DNA of 47,313 bases from an uncultured Gammaproteobacteria bacterium. GTDB lineage: Bacteria; Patescibacteriota; Patescibacteriia; Patescibacteriales; UBA12465. The stretch is taken from positions 1-47,313 of the forward strand of contig CAYURA010000002.1 in the NCBI GenBank assembly GCA_964446775.1, written 5' to 3'. Position numbers and translations under genes: made by a program. Position 1 is the stretch's first letter. Each line of letters starts with the position of its first letter. The notes under the pieces were generated by a model, which was not told where the DNA came from, did no database searches, and worked only from the letters and a program-made list of their open reading frames with translations. This document shows positions 1 to 8,889 of this stretch, one piece after another.

Positions 1-354
1 TTGGTTCAAATATAATGATTAATTTACCAACCATTTTTGTCAATTAAACCGTTTTCCAGTTTACATTTTATTTATGTACATTTTGTGTGATAAAGGCTTG
101 AACCGCGATATTCAGCGCTCAATGAATTATTTATTTGAAGCTCTTTTTTCAGAGTGAACGATAAATACAATTAAATTATATAATCGGTACTTAAGACTAT
201 CAAGTTCAAATGAGTTCTGATAGGGCTTATAATGGCTAATATTAAAAAAAATTTAAAAGTAATTATTTCTTTTAAATAATATTATAGCGATAGGCTGTTA
301 ATACTTTTAAAGTTTTGACATAAATTTTCAGCAGTTTTTTTATTTTTCATTCTA

Positions 355-363
355 TGTTAAAAT
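355..363 (+). promoter_or_regulatory. candidate extended -10 promoter (TGtTAAAAT) ahead of the 412.. gene array
   Basis: TG at 355-356, then TAAAAT at 358-363, about 49 nt upstream of the ATG at 412. A TTGACA at 315-320 is too far away to be its -35. The AT-rich background makes chance hits common. Confidence 0.3.
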
Positions 364-411
364 ACTAAGGTAATACTTGGTTTAAATCGTTTTGAATTTT
401 TATATTTTATT

Positions 412-1902
412 ATGCAAATAATAATTGATACTAGTAGATTAGATAGATTTTTTAATCTCCCGCCTGACCAAATGTTGTGGGAATTTTTCATTAATATTGG
501 CTGGATTTTTATCGCCGTCCTTTTCCTTTATGCAGTTTTAATTATGTATCTCCAGAGTATTCGTGCTTATTGGGCAGCTAATAATTTAAAATTTATCCTA
601 TTAGCCCTTGACATACCCAAGGGTAATGAACAATCACCGAAAGCAGTAGAGAACATGTTTACCTATTTAGCTGGAGCTCATAGTACCCCTAATTTTTTTG
701 AAAAATGGTTTGATGGTAAATTTCAGGTTTCTTTTAGTTATGAAATCGTTAGTTTAGAAGGTTATACGCAATTTTTAATTAGAACCCCAATTGAGTTCCG
801 AGACTTAATTGAAACTTCAATATACTCTCAATATCCTGATGCAGAAATTGCTGAGGTAGATGATTATATAGATACTGTACCGCATAGATTTCCTGATGAG
901 GATTATGATGTTTGGGGGACTGAATTTGTTCAAGCAAACCACTGGGCTTTTCCGATTAAACTATACCCTGAGTTTGAGTATAAATCTGGTCCCCTGGAGA
1001 CACAATTTAAAGATCCAATGGCCTCATTGATGGATCTCTGTAGCTCTTTAAGAGAGGGTGAAAATTTATGGTTTCAGATGGTTGTCATTCCTATTGGTTT
1101 TAAATGGACTGAAGAAAGTGATGCTCAAGTAGAAAAAATAATTGGTAGAAAAAAAACCAATAAAGGCCTAGATACGAAAATAATTGAGTGGATCGGTGAT
1201 GCTAGTGAATTTATTTATAGTATTTGGGGAGATATTGAGAATAAGGAAAAAGAAGATCGGCCAAAGCTAGTTATGGAGCTAGATCCAAAACAGCAAGCAC
1301 AAATTGAAGCAATTGAACTTAAATCTTCAAAAGTTTCTTTCGCTATGAAAACAAGGATGGTTTATGTTGCGAGAAAGGATCTAATGTCACGTTCTAAAGT
1401 GGTTAATGGAGTAATTGGCTATACCAAGCAGTTTGCATCCCTCCACTTAAATAATTTAATGCCAGATATAAAGTATACCATGACTAAAACATCCTATTTC
1501 AATAAGAAAAAAAGATTGATTAGGAAGAAAAATGCTATTATGAATAATTACATCACCCGTGATGATTTTAATGGGCGTACTCCAGGCATATATAATATTG
1601 AGGAGCTAGCAACTTTATGGCACTTTCCTATTGAGGCAAATGTTAAATCACCAATGATTCAGAAAGCCCCAGGTAGGAAAGCAGACGCACCTTCTTCTTT
1701 GCCAGTTTTAAGTGATATTGCTGGTAGTTCAAGTCAGTTTTTTGAAGATGATATTTTAGCAGCTGATATTAATAAACAAGTTGCTAGCAAGAAAGATGAG
1801 AATAAAGAAGTAAAAGAAACTAATCATACATTAGAATTTGATAAGTCAGATTATAAATCAAATGGAAAAGACCAAGTTCCAGATAATTTACCATTTATAT
1901 AA
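412..1902 (+). CDS. membrane-anchored protein, ATPase-less paralog of the N-terminal module of the 35254..37785 TraD/VirD4-like ATPase
   Basis: 496-aa ORF with one N-terminal TM helix (WIFIAVLFLYAVLIMYL). Residues ~60-430 are collinear with residues ~55-400 of the 843-aa ORF (VSFSYEIV..YPDAEIAEVDDY vs FSFEIV..YPEAVIEEIEDY; EELATLWHFP vs EELTSIFHLP). No P-loop is present. Its stop overlaps the next ATG (TAATG). Confidence 0.6.
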   Translation: MQIIIDTSRLDRFFNLPPDQMLWEFFINIGWIFIAVLFLYAVLIMYLQSIRAYWAANNLKFILLALDIPKGNEQSPKAVENMFTYLAGAHSTPNFFEKWFDGKFQVSFSYEIVSLEGYTQFLIRTPIEFRDLIETSIYSQYPDAEIAEVDDYIDTVPHRFPDEDYDVWGTEFVQANHWAFPIKLYPEFEYKSGPLETQFKDPMASLMDLCSSLREGENLWFQMVVIPIGFKWTEESDAQVEKIIGRKKTNKGLDTKIIEWIGDASEFIYSIWGDIENKEKEDRPKLVMELDPKQQAQIEAIELKSSKVSFAMKTRMVYVARKDLMSRSKVVNGVIGYTKQFASLHLNNLMPDIKYTMTKTSYFNKKKRLIRKKNAIMNNYITRDDFNGRTPGIYNIEELATLWHFPIEANVKSPMIQKAPGRKADAPSSLPVLSDIAGSSSQFFEDDILAADINKQVASKKDENKEVKETNHTLEFDKSDYKSNGKDQVPDNLPFI

Positions 1903-3107
1903 TGAAAACTCCAGTTCAAAATTTAACAAAAAAAACTTTGCGTATTGGCATTGATGCTCGTTTTTATGGCCCCTTAGGTAAGGGATTGGGTCGTTATGTG
2001 CAGGAGTTAGTTGATAATCTGATTAAGATAAATGATGAAAGGGCTGGCGAATTTGAATATGTCATATTCTTAAGTAAAGCTAATTTTGATGAATTTCAAT
2101 CTTCTTCCTTATTTATCAAAAAAAAACTGGTTAATTTAAAATGGTATTCTTGGGAAGAACAATTTTTTTTCCCGAAGATTATTAAACAAGAAATGATAGA
2201 TTTGATGCATTTTCCTCATTTTAATGTGCCGATTTTTAGTCAGATTCCATTTGTAGTAACTATTCATGATTTAATTCTAACCCGTTTTCCTAGCCGACGC
2301 GCTTCTATATTACCTGCTGCTTTATATTGGTTTAAACAGCTTGCATATCGTCTAATTATTAAAACAGCCTTACTAAGAGCAAAGAAGATTATTACTGTTT
2401 CAAATTTTACAAAAGAAGACATTGTTAAACAATTTAAGATTAAACCAAAAAAAATATTAGTAACGTATGAGGGCGTTTCTAAGTTAGAGAAAATAACAAC
2501 GTCTAATAAAAAAGTTAATAATTCAATTGTACTTTGGCAGAAATATAAAGTTAAAAAACCTTTTATATTGTATGTTGGCAATGCATATCCCCATAAAAAC
2601 TTAGAATCATTACTTTTCGTTACTCGGAAATTAATTAATGAACATCCAGATTTAAAAATTGTTATGGTTGGCAAGGAAGATTATTTCTATCGAAGACTTA
2701 AAGATAGGTCAAGAGAAATTAAAGCTAGCTTAACTGACAATAATAATTTACATATTTTTCCTGGATTCGTTCCTGATGAGGATTTAGCAATTTTTTATCA
2801 GAATGCTCTCTTCTATATTTTTCCTTCTTTGTATGAAGGGTTCGGTTTGCCGCCTTTAGAAGCAATGTCTTTTTCTTGCCCAGTTCTTTCGTCTGATCAA
2901 GCTAGTTTGCCAGAGATTATTGGTGAGGCAGCTTTATTCTTTAATCCTTATGATGAATCAGACTTAGAAAGTAAAATAAAATTAATGATTAATGATGATA
3001 AATTAAGATATGATTTATCCGTTCTTGGTCAGGAGAGGGTTAAACTTTTTAATTGGTTAGATTGTGCTGAGAATACCAGGGAAGTATATCAAAATATTTT
3101 ATTATAG
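1902..3107 (+). CDS. glycosyltransferase, GT-B fold family 4 (GT4/GT1-type)
   Basis: 401 aa. The C-terminal EGFGLPPLEAM motif, the preceding PSLYEGFG and the N-terminal RIGIDARF are typical of retaining GT4 enzymes. Translationally coupled to the upstream ORF. Confidence 0.85.
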   Translation: MKTPVQNLTKKTLRIGIDARFYGPLGKGLGRYVQELVDNLIKINDERAGEFEYVIFLSKANFDEFQSSSLFIKKKLVNLKWYSWEEQFFFPKIIKQEMIDLMHFPHFNVPIFSQIPFVVTIHDLILTRFPSRRASILPAALYWFKQLAYRLIIKTALLRAKKIITVSNFTKEDIVKQFKIKPKKILVTYEGVSKLEKITTSNKKVNNSIVLWQKYKVKKPFILYVGNAYPHKNLESLLFVTRKLINEHPDLKIVMVGKEDYFYRRLKDRSREIKASLTDNNNLHIFPGFVPDEDLAIFYQNALFYIFPSLYEGFGLPPLEAMSFSCPVLSSDQASLPEIIGEAALFFNPYDESDLESKIKLMINDDKLRYDLSVLGQERVKLFNWLDCAENTREVYQNILL

Positions 3108-3114
3108 AATTCCT

Positions 3115-5607
3115 ATGTTTCATTTTTTATTAAAAAATAAAAAAAATAGACAAACAATGAAACAAGCTCAAGTTAGAGCACGTGACTCCTTTATTGTTGA
3201 TTTAAGACCTCTTATAGAGAAACAAACAAAAACAGCAATTAATATTCCTTATGAGAAAGTAGTCAAACGAATTAATAATTCTAAAAATTCTTCCTTCATT
3301 GTAAGTCCAGAAAAAAATGAAAAGAGAAATAAGAAATTTAAGCGACAGAGATCCTATCGAGTGTCATTTAAGTCGTTAGCAGCTATTAAATTTTATTCTT
3401 GGCAGAGAAAAAAACGATTATTAAAAGATTTGCCATTATATAAAAAAGTAAAAAAGAACTTTAATATCTATAATGCTAACTCTTTAAAACAATTAAAGTC
3501 GACCAAAAGAATAATTAAGAAAAAAAATAAAAATCTAAAAGATAGAAATCAAGCAAATAGATACCTTTTAAATTGCTATCGGTCAATCTTTAGTTTTGTT
3601 ATTGTTTTAATTATAATCATATTACCTTTTAAGATCTTAGCTTATTTTAAAATTATTGATTTGCCAAATTTAAAAGATACTGTCTTAAATAAATCATTAT
3701 TAGCAATGGAGAATATGGTCATTGCTGGTAGTCAAGCATCAAATTTATCATGGAATGAAGCTACTAATAATTTTAGCATTGCCTCTCAGAGTTTTAATGA
3801 AGCTCAAAGTTCTTTAGATAAGGTAGATGATTGGTTGCTTTCTTTTGCTGCCTTTTCTAAAAACTCAGATTTAAAAATGGCTTCTTTTAGTAAGTCATTT
3901 TTAAGGGCTGGGCTAGCTGCTGCCCAGATGGGGCAATACTTGAGTACTGCTGGAGAAGTGATGGAGAGTGAAGAGACTGATAAAAATTGGGGAGCTTTGA
4001 TTGACTCTTTTGTTCTCTATGGTAAATTAGCTCAAGTTGAAGCTAGGAAAGTAGAATCTGAACTAGCTGATATTAAGCCTAGCTCTTTACCACAAAAATA
4101 TCAGGCTCAATTTTTAGATTTTCAAAATAAATTAAAACAGATAACTCAATCTTTAGAGTTATTATTATCTTCTGCTGATTCTGTTAAAAGCTTTTTAGGG
4201 GTAAGTGCAGATAAAAGATATTTACTTATTTTCCAAAATAATACAGAGATGAGAGGTTCAGGAGGATTCTTGGGTAGCTATGCTTTAGTTGATATTAGGA
4301 ATGGGAATATTAGAAAATTAGAGGTACCGAATGGTGGTTCATATGATACAGAAGCAGGGATGCGTTTGTTTATAAAGGCACCAGAGCCATTACGTTTAGT
4401 GAATCCACGTTGGTTTTTCTGGGACGCTAATTGGTGGCCTGATTGGCCATTAACCGCTAAATCTTTAATGTGGTTCTATGAAAAAAGTGATGGCCCAACT
4501 GTTGATGGTGTTATTAGCTTTACACCTGATGTTCTGGAAGACTTGTTGATTATTAGTGGAGAGATTGATTTAGAGTCAGAATATGGCTTAACAATTAACG
4601 CCAGTAATTTCTATGATTTAATCCAGAAGGTTGTAGAAAAACCTAACTTGAAATTAACTTATCCAGAAGAAATCTTGAATTTGCCAGACAGTCCTGATAG
4701 TGAACCGAAAAAGATTATTGGTGATTTAATGATAAAAATTATCGAACAGTTACCTCAAGTGCTTAATAAAGAAAATCTACCAGCATTAGCCGTCGCGCTT
4801 GAGAAAAATTTAGCAGCTAAGAACATTCTTTTATATTTTAACGATGAAGATTTGCAAGCTAAGTTAAATAATTTTGGTATAAATGGTGCCATTAAAAATA
4901 ATGAACATGATTATTTAATGGTAACTCATACGAATATTGCTGGTCAAAAAACTGATCGGGTGATGGAAGATAAGATTATTCATGAAACAGAAATTTTAGC
5001 TGATGGTAGTGTTATTGATAATTTAACCATCTATCGTGCTCATAAAGCTAATCGGGGAGATATTTTTAGCGGTGTTAGGAATGTCGATTGGTTAAGGGTC
5101 TATGTTCCTGAAGGTAGCATGCTACTAGATGCTAGTGGTTTTACATCGCCTGATGAACACTATTTTGATGAGCCGCAAGCAGAATGGCTTGATTTTCCAG
5201 CAATTTTTGATAATGAAGGAAAATATTTTACAGACCTAGAAAGTGCTACCAAAATATACAAAGAAAGTGGAAAGACAGTTTTTGCGAATTGGGTGATGAC
5301 AGATCCTGGAGAAGTCTCTATAATTAACTTTAAGTATCGCTTACCATTAAAAATAAAAAAAACTGATTTAAGTTCAGATTCTTGGTTTGATAAAGCGGAG
5401 AGAATACTAGCGGGTAAGTTACCAGACTATTATCAATTTACACTTTTAATTCAGAAGCAACCCGGCGCTAAAGAAGCTTTATATAATCTGTCATTAAAAT
5501 TACCTAATTTTTGGAGAATAGCTTGGAATTATCCAAAAAATACATCGTGGTCAGGAGATTTTAAATTAAATAGAGATAGATTTCAAGCGGTACTATTAGA
5601 AAATTAG
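3115..5607 (+). CDS. DUF4012 domain membrane protein
   Basis: Lys-rich N-terminus, a single TM (FSFVIVLIIIILPF), then MRGSGGFLGSYALVD, which I recognise as the DUF4012 signature. The ORF-track start at 3064 is a GTG overlapping the previous gene. The first ATG (3115) follows that gene's stop. Confidence 0.7.
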   Translation: MFHFLLKNKKNRQTMKQAQVRARDSFIVDLRPLIEKQTKTAINIPYEKVVKRINNSKNSSFIVSPEKNEKRNKKFKRQRSYRVSFKSLAAIKFYSWQRKKRLLKDLPLYKKVKKNFNIYNANSLKQLKSTKRIIKKKNKNLKDRNQANRYLLNCYRSIFSFVIVLIIIILPFKILAYFKIIDLPNLKDTVLNKSLLAMENMVIAGSQASNLSWNEATNNFSIASQSFNEAQSSLDKVDDWLLSFAAFSKNSDLKMASFSKSFLRAGLAAAQMGQYLSTAGEVMESEETDKNWGALIDSFVLYGKLAQVEARKVESELADIKPSSLPQKYQAQFLDFQNKLKQITQSLELLLSSADSVKSFLGVSADKRYLLIFQNNTEMRGSGGFLGSYALVDIRNGNIRKLEVPNGGSYDTEAGMRLFIKAPEPLRLVNPRWFFWDANWWPDWPLTAKSLMWFYEKSDGPTVDGVISFTPDVLEDLLIISGEIDLESEYGLTINASNFYDLIQKVVEKPNLKLTYPEEILNLPDSPDSEPKKIIGDLMIKIIEQLPQVLNKENLPALAVALEKNLAAKNILLYFNDEDLQAKLNNFGINGAIKNNEHDYLMVTHTNIAGQKTDRVMEDKIIHETEILADGSVIDNLTIYRAHKANRGDIFSGVRNVDWLRVYVPEGSMLLDASGFTSPDEHYFDEPQAEWLDFPAIFDNEGKYFTDLESATKIYKESGKTVFANWVMTDPGEVSIINFKYRLPLKIKKTDLSSDSWFDKAERILAGKLPDYYQFTLLIQKQPGAKEALYNLSLKLPNFWRIAWNYPKNTSWSGDFKLNRDRFQAVLLEN

Positions 5608-5639
5608 CTTGATAGTTTATATAATTAAGTATTTTTTAT

Positions 5640-7703
5640 ATGGCTATTTTAAATAAAATGAATTTAGAAAAAAATAAAGAGAATAATCTTGAAACTAAAA
5701 AAGCAAAGAAGAAGCAGCTTAATAAATCATCATTAGAATCAACTTTCTTAGAACGACCACTACCTAAAGTTGAAGATGTTTCTCGTTTTGAGAGTTTAAT
5801 CGAAAAAGAATTACAAATAGGGGAGACTGATGCTAATCTTTCTGCTATTTATAGTGATAATAAAGGGAAATTGGTTGATGTTAGTAAAGTTAAAAAGAAG
5901 AAAAGAGTGCCGATAATAATCTTTTTTAAACGAATTTTTGTTTTGACTATAATACTTTCAGCTGCTTATAGTCTTTATTATTATTATTTTCAGCAACCTG
6001 AAAACACTGGGAGCCTAAATTTTTATATTAATGCTCCTGAAAGAGTTACTCTTGGCGAGGAGTTCAATTATGAAATTATTTATGAAAATAATGGCCAAAT
6101 AGTTCTTGATCAAGTTATGTTGGAAGTAGTGACGCCCGATAGCTCAGTATTAATAGAGTCTGTCCCAGAATTAGAGAATTATAAAAAATTATCCATTGGC
6201 ACTCTTATGCCCGGAGAAAAGGGTTCATTAAAAATTAAGGCTTATTTAATAGCTCCAGCTGATTCAGCTAATATTTTTAGCGCTAGATTAACTTATATCC
6301 CGTCTAATTTCTCTAGTGAATTCCGCAAAGAGGCTAGTGTTAATACAGTTATATCCAACTTGGGTTTAATAATAAATATTGATTATCTTAATACGGCCTT
6401 AGTCGGTCGTCTGAATGATTTAAAATTTAATATATCATCTTTTAATAGTAATAATGATAATTTAAATGAAATATATTTAGATATAAATGGCTCAAATAAC
6501 TTTCAATTGAAAAAGAATGTTAATAATGACTTAGAGTCTCATAGCGTAAAGACTAAAGCCCCGTTGAATAAAAATGATAATTTACAGAGTGCAGTTAAAG
6601 TAGAGGAAATCAGTGATTTTCGTTATCTATTAAGTGAAATTCCAAGAAAATCAGATGATCGATTTAGCTTACCGATTAATTTTAGTTTCAAAGAAAAGTC
6701 TGAAGCTAAAGAAGATCTTACCTTTCGATTATTAAAAAAGACGGCTGATAGCAAAGAGCTTATTTTTTGGGACAAAACTTTATCTTTTGATTTAGTAAAT
6801 AGTGACTTGAATCTTGAGTTATCACTAAATGAAAAAAAAGGTGATCAAGCAGTTAATTTTGGCGATAATCTTAATTATTCTTTGTCTTATGTAAATAATG
6901 GAGAGACAGCTTTATTTGATTTGGTTTTAATGGTAGTTATTAATGGGGATCTGGTGGACTGGTCTTCTTTAGTTGATCCATTAGGATCTTCAGTGGCTGG
7001 CAATACGATGATCTGGACTAAAGAAGATATTCCCGCCTTATCAGAACTAGCTCCTGGTAAATTAGGCAAAATAGATTTTAGTTTGCGTGTAAAAGATTTC
7101 TCTCTAAATAATATTTCTACTGATAATCAAATTATTAGTTATGCTCAATATGGTTTGAGTGCAGCAGTAGAAGCTGAAGCCGAAGATAGCCGTAGTAACA
7201 CAATTATTAGTCCACTAAATAGCGATTTATCTTTAACTGAGAAGATTCTCTATTTCAATGAAGATAATCTTCCAGTTGGTTCTGGTCCTTTACCACCAAA
7301 AGTTGGTGAAAAGACTAGCATGAGAGTAATGTGGACTATTAAAAATAATTTACATGATTTAGAGAATGCAGAAGTTGTTATGAATTTAGCTCAAGGTCTT
7401 AGTTGGGATGAGAAAGCTAATACTAATGTAGGTCGGATATTATATAACGAGGAAAATAGATCGATTACATGGCGTCTGGGATACTTACCTTTGTCAGTTT
7501 ATCGAGCTGATGCAGAGTTTAATATTAGCCTCACTCCTAATGAGGATGATCGTGACAAGATTCTTATATTATCTTCAGGGACGACAGTGAAGGCAATTGA
7601 TGCAAAAACTAAGGCGGAAATTAATCATAAAACTAAAGCTAAGACCACTAAGTTAGAAGATGATGAAATAGCGGGTCTATCTAGTAATGGGAGGGTTGAA
7701 TAG
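5640..7703 (+). CDS. membrane-anchored surface protein with Ig-like (DUF11/CARDB-like) repeats and a C-terminal GPLPPKVG domain
   Basis: 687 aa with a basic N-terminus and one TM (IIIFFKRIFVLTIILSAAYSLYYYYF). It has repeated beta-rich segments of the type v-x-G-e-x-f-x-Y-x-i-x-Y-x-N-x-G. The C-terminal domain is paralogous to 42688..43776. Confidence 0.6.
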   Translation: MAILNKMNLEKNKENNLETKKAKKKQLNKSSLESTFLERPLPKVEDVSRFESLIEKELQIGETDANLSAIYSDNKGKLVDVSKVKKKKRVPIIIFFKRIFVLTIILSAAYSLYYYYFQQPENTGSLNFYINAPERVTLGEEFNYEIIYENNGQIVLDQVMLEVVTPDSSVLIESVPELENYKKLSIGTLMPGEKGSLKIKAYLIAPADSANIFSARLTYIPSNFSSEFRKEASVNTVISNLGLIINIDYLNTALVGRLNDLKFNISSFNSNNDNLNEIYLDINGSNNFQLKKNVNNDLESHSVKTKAPLNKNDNLQSAVKVEEISDFRYLLSEIPRKSDDRFSLPINFSFKEKSEAKEDLTFRLLKKTADSKELIFWDKTLSFDLVNSDLNLELSLNEKKGDQAVNFGDNLNYSLSYVNNGETALFDLVLMVVINGDLVDWSSLVDPLGSSVAGNTMIWTKEDIPALSELAPGKLGKIDFSLRVKDFSLNNISTDNQIISYAQYGLSAAVEAEAEDSRSNTIISPLNSDLSLTEKILYFNEDNLPVGSGPLPPKVGEKTSMRVMWTIKNNLHDLENAEVVMNLAQGLSWDEKANTNVGRILYNEENRSITWRLGYLPLSVYRADAEFNISLTPNEDDRDKILILSSGTTVKAIDAKTKAEINHKTKAKTTKLEDDEIAGLSSNGRVE

Positions 7704-7704
7704 T

Positions 7705-8871
7705 ATGACTATTGTAAAAAGCATAAATAATGATGATCATTCACCACGGTTTCGAAGCTTAAAAACTAATCATGGTATATTAAGCACGCCTTTTTTTATG
7801 CCAGACGCTACCAGGTCTTTTATCAAGACCTTAAGTATTGATGACTTAAAAAAGACAAAAACGGAATCAATAGTGGTTAATACCTTTCATCTTTATTTAC
7901 AACCAGGGATTGATGTTTTAAAAAAAGCTGGTGGAATCCATAAATTTATGGATTGGGATCTTCCAATCGTTTCTGATTCTGGTGGTTTTCAAATTTTTTC
8001 ATTAATACATGGTAGTCAATCTAGAATGGGGAAAGTTGATGATGATAAGGCTAGTTTTAAATCTCCCATTGATGGTTCCTGGCATGAAATTAGTCCAGAA
8101 AAATCAATACAGATTCAGTTTGACTTAGGTGTTGATATTATTATTTGTTTAGATGAGTGCCCTCCAAATGACTGGTCGCGAGAGGACTTAGGTGTAGCGG
8201 TCAAGCGGAGTATTAATTGGGCAAAACGCTGTAAACAAGAATATCTAAGACAACTTCATATGAGAGGTTTAAATAATAATAATCGGCCATTAATTACTGC
8301 CGTTATTCAAGGAGGAGAAGATGAGGCTCTGCGTAAATACTGTGCTCAAGAATTAGTAAAGATTTCTTTTGATATTTATGGATTTGGTGCCAGCCCTGTA
8401 GACACTCAAGGTAATTTTATGGCAGAGACATTATTTAAAACAGCTTCTTTTATACCAAGTAATGCATATCGATTTGCTTTAGGTATTGGCAACCCAGAAG
8501 ATATCTATCGATCGTTTCTTATGGGTTGGGATATTTTTGATTGTGTTATTCCTACTAGGGAAGGGCGTCATGGTCGGCTTTTCTACTTTAATTCTGATTT
8601 CCATGGTTTTTCTGGACAAGCTAGAGAGAGTAGAGCCATTATCGATTTCCCTGATTTTTATAAGACCATTAATATAGCTAATTCGAGATTTAGAGATGAT
8701 TTTTCTCCAATTAATGCAAAAAGTGGTTTTAGTGAATTACGTAATTATACTAAGGCTTATTTATATCATCTTTTTAAATCCAAAGAATCATTAGGTCAAA
8801 AATTAGCGAGCCTGAATAATTTAGAGTTTTATCAAAACTTAATCTTAGAATTAAAGAAAATAAATAAATAA
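7705..8871 (+). CDS. tgt: tRNA-guanine transglycosylase family protein (divergent, zinc ligands absent)
   Basis: Motifs VSDSGGFQ, CLDECPP, VIQGG, LGIGNPEDI and WDIFDCVIPTREGRHG match Tgt. The ATG at 7705 is preceded by GGGAGGG (7689-7695) and follows the upstream stop. The ORF-track start at 7687 overlaps the previous gene. Confidence 0.8.
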   Translation: MTIVKSINNDDHSPRFRSLKTNHGILSTPFFMPDATRSFIKTLSIDDLKKTKTESIVVNTFHLYLQPGIDVLKKAGGIHKFMDWDLPIVSDSGGFQIFSLIHGSQSRMGKVDDDKASFKSPIDGSWHEISPEKSIQIQFDLGVDIIICLDECPPNDWSREDLGVAVKRSINWAKRCKQEYLRQLHMRGLNNNNRPLITAVIQGGEDEALRKYCAQELVKISFDIYGFGASPVDTQGNFMAETLFKTASFIPSNAYRFALGIGNPEDIYRSFLMGWDIFDCVIPTREGRHGRLFYFNSDFHGFSGQARESRAIIDFPDFYKTINIANSRFRDDFSPINAKSGFSELRNYTKAYLYHLFKSKESLGQKLASLNNLEFYQNLILELKKINK

Positions 8872-8889
8872 ATAAATAAAAATATTACT

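Noticed and set aside
1-33. tRNA-like T-loop string GGTTCAAAT at the window start, followed by ACCAACCA
   Set aside because: No complementary T-stem follows the putative loop and no acceptor pairing can be drawn. I saw no other T-loop-like GGTTCGAAT/GGTTCAAAT context elsewhere, so no tRNA is called.
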